A stretch of 64,000 nucleotides of DNA. Source: Macrostomum lignano (taxonomy: Eukaryota). Position 1 is the stretch's first letter; each line of letters starts with the position of its first letter. Positions 56,257 through 64,000 of this stretch are shown one piece after another. The notes under the pieces are model-generated. The model was not told the DNA's origin. It saw nothing but the letters and a program-made list of their open reading frames with translations, and ran no database searches. Both the position numbers and the translations under genes were made by a program. The stretch spans positions 186,001 to 250,000 of the forward strand of contig NIVC01001010.1 in NCBI GenBank assembly GCA_002269645.1, in the 5' to 3' direction.

Positions 56257-56991
56257 ACAATGACTGCCCTTCTGGATCCCTTTCACTAGGCCCCTAAGCA
56301 AAATGCACCCAGGAGTCCTTGATGATTGCAAGCCAAAGGAGGTAGAGATCAAGGATAAGGAATAGAGAAGAAAAATTTGAGCTGGCATACTTGTAGAAGA
56401 AAAAAGAGGCAAAGGAATAAGGATAAGAGAGTATACGATTGAGAGGAGAGATGAAATAGGAGAGAATCAATCAAGAGGAGAGATGAAATAGAAGAGAAAG
56501 GAGAGGAGAGGATTGAGAGAGGAGGGAAGGGAGAAGAGAATGGAGAAAAGAAGGAAGAAGAGAGGAGAGAGGTAAAGCTAAAAGAATAGAGACAGTGCCA
56601 AGAGATCCAGAAAATTATTGGTCTTGCCCTTGCAATTTTCATTCATTTGAGATATCTATGAGTATATACTAAATAAATTAGTCAAGGACCACTGAAGTCA
56701 CTTAAGCGCAGTCCTTGAAATGAGTGCAGTACAGTTGCACAATGTTTGAATTAGTTGAAAATTTGAGCATTTTCAGCTAGACTTTTAACTACTCCAACAC
56801 AGAATTGAATATTGGGCTGGTTATGTCATATTGCCACAAACTCATATAACAGCAGGAGTTGGGGTGCCCTTAGATTAGAAGAAATTTATGTGCAATGTGC
56901 CTTCCCATCAATAGCCCCCCTCTCCCCCACTCTGAAATATGTTCCGACACTACTGGCTTGAGCTACAGTACATTTATTACATGTAGTCTGG

Positions 56992-57215
56992 GAGAGTCCT
57001 GCAGTCCAAGTCTCGCCTCCCAGGTGAGGCAGTGATTGATACCATCTTGCTGTACACTGTCAAGACCTGGACGCTGATGAAGTCGCTTGAGCAACAAGTT
57101 GACGTGGCGCACGCTGGCCTGCTGCATGCCGCCTTCAAGTTAAGATCGCCTATGCGAGTGACCAACGCAGCTTTTGTATCACCGTGCCGACCTGTTCCGT
57201 CCAAGCAACCTGCTG
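56992..57215 (+). mobile_element. Decayed RTE-type LINE fragment
   Basis: VIDTILLYTVKTWTLMKSLEQQVDVAHAGLLHAAFK. Confidence 0.75.
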
Positions 57216-58540
57216 CGCAGTCATACATAACCACATTCATGCATGTAATGGCTTGATTTGGAATGCTTTCTATATTTATGTTTTGCAAATAGAGGACCCG
57301 GCCACTTTAAGCGTTATCTTTGGTCCAGGTACTCCTCAACTACATGTATCTACTTCTTAATTAACTTCTGCATTCAAAATTTAACATATACAAAAGTGTA
57401 ACACGGGATGTGAACCCCGTTGTGCTGCACACGTTTCAAACACATAAGCACATTATATTTTGTTAGTATATGTACAAGCATATAACAGACGCATTGATCA
57501 AAAGCCGGCAGATGTTGCAGAAGGTTATGAATATTAATTAGCCTGTTGACTTAGTCATTTCAGGGTTCAGTTTTACCTTTTTGCAGTTGTGGGGGGTAGT
57601 TTATTGGCAGTTGACAAAGTGACCAATGTTAGAACACTTCCTGTTGGCCAGTTGACAAAGTGACCAAGGTTTAAGATTGCTTCATTGGCTAGTTGACGAA
57701 ACGACCAGTGATAAAACTGAGTTGACAAAATGGCCAGTTGACGAAATGATTAGGACCCATTTATTTTGTGTTAGGCCCTAGGCTACTTGCTTGATATAGT
57801 GAATAGGTCAAGCTATAATAAAAGCTAAAGCCAAAGGAATGACTATAATATAGGGGCCTAATATAATACAATTCCAATATAGTATCTTTTTAGCATCCAT
57901 TTCTCTAATTATTACCAATAGGAAATAAGTGAAATATATAGACCTAGGCTTATTATTATCTATTTAGACACTTAAAGCTGTGGCCATCTTGGTCATGTGT
58001 CACTGATTTCTAGTCTATTCCAAAAAATCAATTATATACATATTTTTTGCTTTTTTTATCCTTTATATATATATAGATCTATTAAAAAAATTATGTAATT
58101 ATAATTATAATAGCATAAAACTTTAATAACAATGCCTAAAAAAGTTGTCTAGCCTTAAAACATATAGAAAAACATTTTTACCATTTTTTGCCATGCTATT
58201 AATTTTTTCCTTTTGTAAAAATATAATTTAGCATAAAAAGTTATTTGCTATCAAGAAGCAATAAAGCAAACCTATTAATAATAAAAAATAAAAGCAGAGA
58301 ATTTTGCCAAAATTTCTATTAGTAGGCCTATAAACAACCTATATTTAAACCAAAATATTAAGACCCAGTTATGAGTTAAAAATATATCTATTGGCTTTTT
58401 ATTTAATATTTTTTATGCTAGACATAACTAATTTTTTCAATTTAAAAAATACAACTATCTATTTTTTCATTTCATCATTTTTTAAAAGGCCTATAAAAAG
58501 ATGACATACTTTTTTTATGGCATATTGCAATCACAGCAGG

Positions 58541-58712
58541 CATGCTTGGGGGCAACCTTGGGATTCACTTGGCCATTTCTATTGGCAACACATACATGTA
58601 AGTTGCTACTGGACAGAATAGTAGTCACATGATTGCTCTCAGCCAATAGTGACTTACATGTATGTGTTGCTAATAGAAATGGCTGGGTGATTCCCAAGGT
58701 TGCGCATGTATG
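58541..58712. mobile_element. Palindromic hAT MITE (CATACATGCGCAAC family)
   Basis: Right TIR GTTGCGCATGTATG, degenerate left TIR, long inverted arms, TSD ACAGCAGG/ACAGCAAG. Confidence 0.7.
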
Positions 58713-59302
58713 ACAGCAAGAAGATATGAATGAACTATAGAAAAAATGAGATATGGCTATGGATATAGATATAAGAAAAAATAGTTTGAATTAAAGTTTG
58801 TATATTTTTGTTTATTTTTTAATAAGCAGTTGGCATTGAGTTTAAAATGTTGTTTTATTAAATTTATAATTTGAAAAAGTATTTAAATAAATCATTCAAT
58901 TTTCTAAATAATTTATACCATAATTCAATAAAAATGATTTGTTTTTAATCTGAAAGAAAAAAAGAAACTTTTGTAACCAAGCTTGCTTGCTCCTTTTGCA
59001 TTTTTGCTTTCTTGTCTGTCTTGTTTTTGGTTGTCAATTTTTTATTTATCAGATAACTATAACCATAAATCCATATGGCCTAATTTTGGAGGGATATGAA
59101 CTGTTTTTGCAATGAATAATTTATTCTTGATTTTTTTATCAAAATACAACCAACTAAGTTTGGACCCATTGTGAAAAAAATAGCACTGCTATTCTGAGTC
59201 ATCGCCAACTATGTATTGCATGCCAAACACCTCACTCTAACTGCATCTTACCTGCGTTAGGTTAATTTGAATTAAAAAACAGCAATCCAACAGCAGCCAA
59301 TC

Positions 59303-60250
59303 ATGTCCAGCGCCAGCCGCAAGAAGATCCTATTGAAGGTGATCATCCTTGGCGACTCCGGTGTCGGCAAGACCTCCCTAATGAACCAATTCGTGAACAG
59401 GAAGTTCAGCAACCAGTACAAGGCGACAATTGGTGCGGACTTCCTCACCAAGGAGCTCATGGTTGATGACCGGGTGGTCACCCTGCAGCTGTGGGACACG
59501 GCGGGCCAGGAGCGGTTCCAGTCGCTGGGCGTCGCCTTCTACCGCGGCGCCGACGCCTGCATGCTGGGTGAGTGCCGAGCTTTGTGCCTGCTGACAACCA
59601 ACAGAACCGCCAGCCTCGTACAGTCGTGCTAGACTGGGCTGTGGGCTATGAAGTACTTCTGGAACTCTCTGATCACCTCCCAGATCCTCCCAGATCCCCT
59701 GATCACCTACCAGATCCCCTGATCACCTCCCAGTTCCCCAGTCACCTCCTAGATCCCCTGGTCACCTCCCAGATCCCCTGATCACCTCCCAGATCCCCAG
59801 TCACCTCCCAGATCCCCTGATCACCTCCCGGATCCCCAGTCACCTCCCAGATCCCCGCCCGCACCCGCAGTGTACGACGTGACGCAGCCGAACTCCTTCA
59901 AGACCCTGGACTCGTGGCGGGACGAGTTCCTCATCCAGGCCAGCCCCCGCGACCCGGACAATTTCCCATTCGTGCTGGTTGGCAACAAGATTGACCTGGA
60001 GAACCGCGGCGTCACCAAGAAGCGCGCGGCCCAGTGGGCGCAGACCAAGTCCAACATGCCCTACTTCGAGTGCAGCGCCAAGGAGGCCGTCAACGTTGAG
60101 GCCGCCTTCATGCAGCTGGCCAAGGACGCCCTGGCCCAGGAGGCCGCATCCGACGATGCCGGCGCCTCGGAGCTGCCGCCGGCCATCCAGCTGCAGGGCG
60201 GCGCCGGACAGCAAGGCGGGCAGCAGCAGAGCGGCGGCTGCTCCTGCTGA
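59303..60250 (+). CDS. RAB7: Rab7 GTPase, 2 exons, 214 aa
   Basis: Exons 59303-59567 and 59871-60250. [48 protein letters not shown]-terminal CSC. Confidence 0.97.
59668..59858. repeat. ~20-bp minisatellite (GATCACCTCCCAGATCCCCT) in Rab7 intron
   Basis: About 9 units running up to the acceptor. Confidence 0.85.
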
Positions 60251-60896
60251 GCCTGGATTAGGGGGATTTTCCAACTGGGGTCTGACTGACTAACTAGATG
60301 GATTGATTGATTGACTGAGGCGATCGCTGCTCATTGATTCATTCATTCAAGCTGAACTTGTCTATCTATCTATATAACATAGTGAAATACCGATTTCCAA
60401 GGGGCAGAGTTACCGTATGACTTATATACAGACAGATTTTAATTGTTGTGCAATCCAAAACTCTTTGACTAAGTATATTATTACATTGTCTACTTACTAT
60501 TTTTTTTAATTGAAGTCTGAACAAAATTACAAAATTGACCTAAATCTGTGTCCGTGCTTGTGTCTTATATGAAAATGAAATTACCAGAGTTTCACTTGTT
60601 TGCTACTATAAGTAATATATTCGAGCAAATTTTTGTTTCATTTTCAATGCGCGTTAATTTTTTATGCCCACGCCGATCGTGTCCTGCTAAATGTGCTGCT
60701 GTGTCGATCAATAATGCAATGTAGGACGAGGGCGTTTTATTTTTTTATAAGTACACAATAAACATGCTGAGCTCTGAAACCTTGCACTGTGGTTGAGTAG
60801 CGGTTTTAAGTTTCCCGTGTTGATCCCAAGTTTTAAATCCTAGTTTCCTTTGTTTCCTGCCGTTCAGAATTCTTATCAGCAATTTAGCCCCTTCAT

Positions 60897-61368
60897 TTCC
60901 CTCCCTGCCCAATCTTTATCGCCTCCCTTCAATCCCTTCATTTTGCCTCCCTGCCCAATCTTTATCGCCTCCCTTCAATCCCTTCATTTGCCTCCCTGCC
61001 CAATCTTTATCGCCTCCCTTCAATACCTTCATTTGCCTCCCTGCCCAATCTTTATCGCCTCCCTTCAATCCCTTCATTTGCCTCCCTGCCCAATCTTTAT
61101 CGCCTCCCTTCAATCCCTTCATTTGCCTCCCTGCCCAATCTTTATCGCCTCCCTTCAATCCCTTCATTTGCCTCCCTGCCCAATCTTTATCGCCTCCCTT
61201 CAATCCCTTCATTTGCCTCCCTGCCCAATATTTATCGCCTCCCTTCAATCCCTTCATTTGCCTCCTTGCCCAATCTTTATCGCCTCCCTTCAATCCCTTC
61301 ATTTGCCTCCCTGCCCAATCTTTATCGCCTCCCTTCAATCCCTTCATTTCCCTCCCTGCCCAATCCTT
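60897..61368. repeat. 45-bp minisatellite
   Basis: CTCCCTGCCCAATCTTTATCGCCTCCCTTCAATCCCTTCATTTGC, about 10 units. Confidence 0.95.
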
Positions 61369-62344
61369 CATATATTAAACTTTCTTCCAGAAGCAATTGC
61401 CCCTATTACGTCATCGCAGATTTTGTGAAGCTGTCAGTCAGCGCTTTATAAAATTAAGCTCGAGTCTGACCATCTTATTCTGGATTTGATACTCAATCGA
61501 GTTCGTTGCGCTTAGCTTGTAAAAATATCGAACTATTCGTGAAAGCAAGATATGAAATGAAGCCTGTTGTGTCAATTGGACAGGCCGGGTTTTATTATTA
61601 GTAGTTTTTTTCACTCGCTCACCCCACGGTTGAGGATTACTGTTTGACTTGAACAGAATTTTACTTTTTTTCTATCAAACTTCAAACACTCTCACTACTG
61701 TCATCATACGCTCGTACATGCACTCAATACTAACTGTATTCCGCGTCCCCATTAGCCTCAACCAAAATATCCTATTTTCTTTATTTATTTCTCAATCTAT
61801 TTTTTAATATCCCGACAGAAATCGCGCGTTATTCTACTTGTAGTAGCGTGCAGTGTGTTCGGCTCGTCTTGATTTATATTTTCTCCCATTTCAATAATTA
61901 TATCGTAATATAATAATGCCTGCACCGTTTTTTGCTTAATGCAACGATGTGATTTATGGCAAATGTGATTGGCTCTGCTCCCTTATGACTGTCCCTGCCC
62001 TTTGTAATTCTCTCTACATAATTTATATATATTTAAACAGTCAAGACTGTCAGTTGATATGTTCCCAATTTTGCAGTATAAAAGAGGTGGACCCAATTTT
62101 TAAACAGGTATGCAACACAAATCCAAATATATTGTTGTTATTATTAATGCCGCTTCGTTGAAACTGACAATTTCGCTTGTCGAATTCATCATGCGATTTG
62201 CTGAATATTAATGAATTATTGCCTACTTTATCTGTGACAGCTTTTACTTTAATTAGCTGACAAATTTTCATTTAAACCATTGAGAATAAGCTTAGCAAAT
62301 TATGTATCTAACAATATCCAGATAGGGAATAGAGTTCAGTGACT

Positions 62345-62933
62345 GTTACTGTGCCCTCGCTATCACTGTCCGCTTCAGTGCTATGACTGCTTTCAGTTTC
62401 CCTGCTATGACTGCTTCAGTTTCCCTGCTATGACTACTTCAGTGTCCCTGCTATGACTGCTTCAGTGTCCCCGCTATGACTGCTTCAGTGTCCCTGCTAT
62501 AGCTGCCTTCCCCGCTATTATTGCTTCAGTGTCCCTGCTATGCCTGCTTTCCCCGCTATGACTGCTTTTCTCCGCTATGACTACTTTCAGTTTCCCCTGC
62601 TATGACTGCTTTCAGTTTCCCCTGCAAAGACTTCTTTTCTTTGCTATGACTGCTTTCAGTTTCTCCTGGTATGACTGCTTCAGTGTCCCTGCTATGACTG
62701 CTTTCTATGACCTGCTTCAGTTTCTCCTGCTATGACTGCTTTTCCCCGCTATGACCTGCTTCAGTTTCCCCTGCTATGACTGCTTTTCCTTCGCTATGAC
62801 TGCTTTTCCTTCGCTATGACTGCTTCAGTGTCCCCTGCTATCCCCTGCTATGACTGCTTCAGTGTCCCCTGCTATCCCCTGCTATGACTGCTTTAGTTTC
62901 CCCCGCTATGACTGTCTTATGACTGCTTCAGTG
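62345..62933. repeat. Degenerate ~21-23-bp minisatellite GCTATGACTGCTTCAGTGTCCCT
   Basis: About 26 variable units ending in the kinase stop codon. Confidence 0.9.
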
Positions 62934-63707
62934 CTCATACTGGGGCTGCTTCTCAACAAAATAGTTCTCAAGCAGGTTCCTCAGCGCGGCAAAGGTGGGC
63001 CTGGCGGCCGGCTCCAGCCGCCAGCAGGCCAGCATGACGCTCTCGTACAGGAACTGGTCGCAGGGCACCCCGCCTGCCGGACAGCTGGGGTTGGCCATCC
63101 GGTATCCGCCACACACCAGCCGCAGGATGTCGCAGTTGCTGTACTCCGGGTAGGGCAGGCCGCCTCTCGTCACGACCTCGTACGCTAAAATTCCAAAGGA
63201 CCAAACGTCGGATTTGTGCGTGAACGCCTTGGATTTGGCCGCCTCCGGGGCGGTCCATCGGATTGGAAACTTGGTGCCCTCCTTGAAGCAGTAGGCCTCC
63301 TCCTCGATGCAGCGGCTCAGGCCGAAGTCGCCAACTTTGACGGTGTTGTTAAGGCCGACTAGAATGTTGGCCGCTCGCAGGTCGCGGTGAATGAAGCGCT
63401 TCTGCTCCAGGTAGCACATGCCGTCAGCCACCTGGAATAGCATGTCAATCATGTGCCCGAAGGTCACTCTGCGGCCTTGCTCGTTGTCTCGTCTCAGGTA
63501 GGCCGTTAGGGCGCCATTCGGCATGAACTCCGTGACGATGTAGAATGGCTCTTCGCGGGTGCACACTCCTACCAGTTGCACAATCTTTGGGTGGTGCAGC
63601 TTGTGCATCTTCTCCGCCTCGCTGAGAAAGTCCGCCTTGTTCATAGTGGCCTCCTTCATGCTCTTCACCGCCACCTCCAATAGGCGGCCCAGTCTGGCTT
63701 TCCACAC
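62928..63707 (-). CDS. Src-family kinase paralog, terminal kinase exon
   Basis: Acceptor CAG|GTGTGGAAAGCC. VAVK, HRDLRAANIL, DFG, KFPIRWTAPE, tail PQYEH*. Upstream exon lies outside the window. Confidence 0.92.
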   Translation of the reverse strand: MWKARLGRLLEVAVKSMKEATMNKADFLSEAEKMHKLHHPKIVQLVGVCTREEPFYIVTEFMPNGALTAYLRRDNEQGRRVTFGHMIDMLFQVADGMCYLEQKRFIHRDLRAANILVGLNNTVKVGDFGLSRCIEEEAYCFKEGTKFPIRWTAPEAAKSKAFTHKSDVWSFGILAYEVVTRGGLPYPEYSNCDILRLVCGGYRMANPSCPAGGVPCDQFLYESVMLACWRLEPAARPTFAALRNLLENYFVEKQPQYEH

Positions 63708-63851
63708 CTGTGCGCATGCGAGGGAGGCAGCGAGCGATGCGAAACTCTTTGGTGATCCTCGGAGATGCTTCCCGCTAAAGAGACAACTTTTTGAGTCCCA
63801 ATTATGCAATAACAGACAGAATAAATACGAAAATTACAGACTGCTTGATCA

Positions 63852-64000
63852 CCAGCCTCCCAGATCCTCAGGTTGGGCAGCCAGAATCCCAGATCCTTAG
63901 ACTGAGCAGCAAGAATCCCAGATACTCAGGCTGAGCAGCCAGAATCCCAAATCCTCAGACTGGGCAGCCAGAATCCCAGATACTCAGGCTGAGCAGCCAG
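63852..64000. repeat. ~30-bp intronic minisatellite (GCAGCCAGAATCCCAGAT.CTCAG)
   Basis: About 5 units to the window edge. Confidence 0.85.

Larger units (their letters stand above)
55326..57758. mobile_element. 2.4-kb non-autonomous element, GGG..CCC termini, 8-bp TSD (Merlin-like), with nested insertions
   Basis: TIRs GGGT..TCATTTYGTCAACTGG. Perfect TSD ATTTATTT. Subterminal GTTGACAAAGTGACCA repeats. Confidence 0.7.

Overview
This is eukaryotic, intron-containing animal DNA. GC-rich exons, dense minisatellites and RTE-type LINE fragments suggest a Macrostomum-like flatworm (inference only). Genes, in order: the 5' coding end of an unknown acidic protein (-), dyskerin/CBF5 (7 exons, +), an intronless 392-aa orphan (+), a Src-family kinase (+), a PTB-domain protein (-), BAG1-like (+), cathepsin L (+), Rab7 (+), and the kinase exon of a second Src-family paralog (-). 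Mobile DNA includes an intact, very young Ty3/Gypsy element with apparently identical LTRs and a CATA TSD, four RTE fragments, and many non-autonomous DNA elements defined by TIR and TSD (hAT, Chapaev-like, MULE-like, Merlin-like, Helitron-like ends). Main leads: (1) two paralogous structured RNA-like elements with a covarying stem in dyskerin introns 3 and 5; (2) a 63-bp 28S rRNA fragment centred on the R2/I-PpoI target site inside a hAT MITE; (3) sharply bounded CpG-depleted domains; (4) a -1 frameshift heptamer plus pseudoknot in the Gypsy element; (5) satellites arising inside MITEs and at a kinase stop codon. All folds and alignments were done by eye, and no database searches were run.
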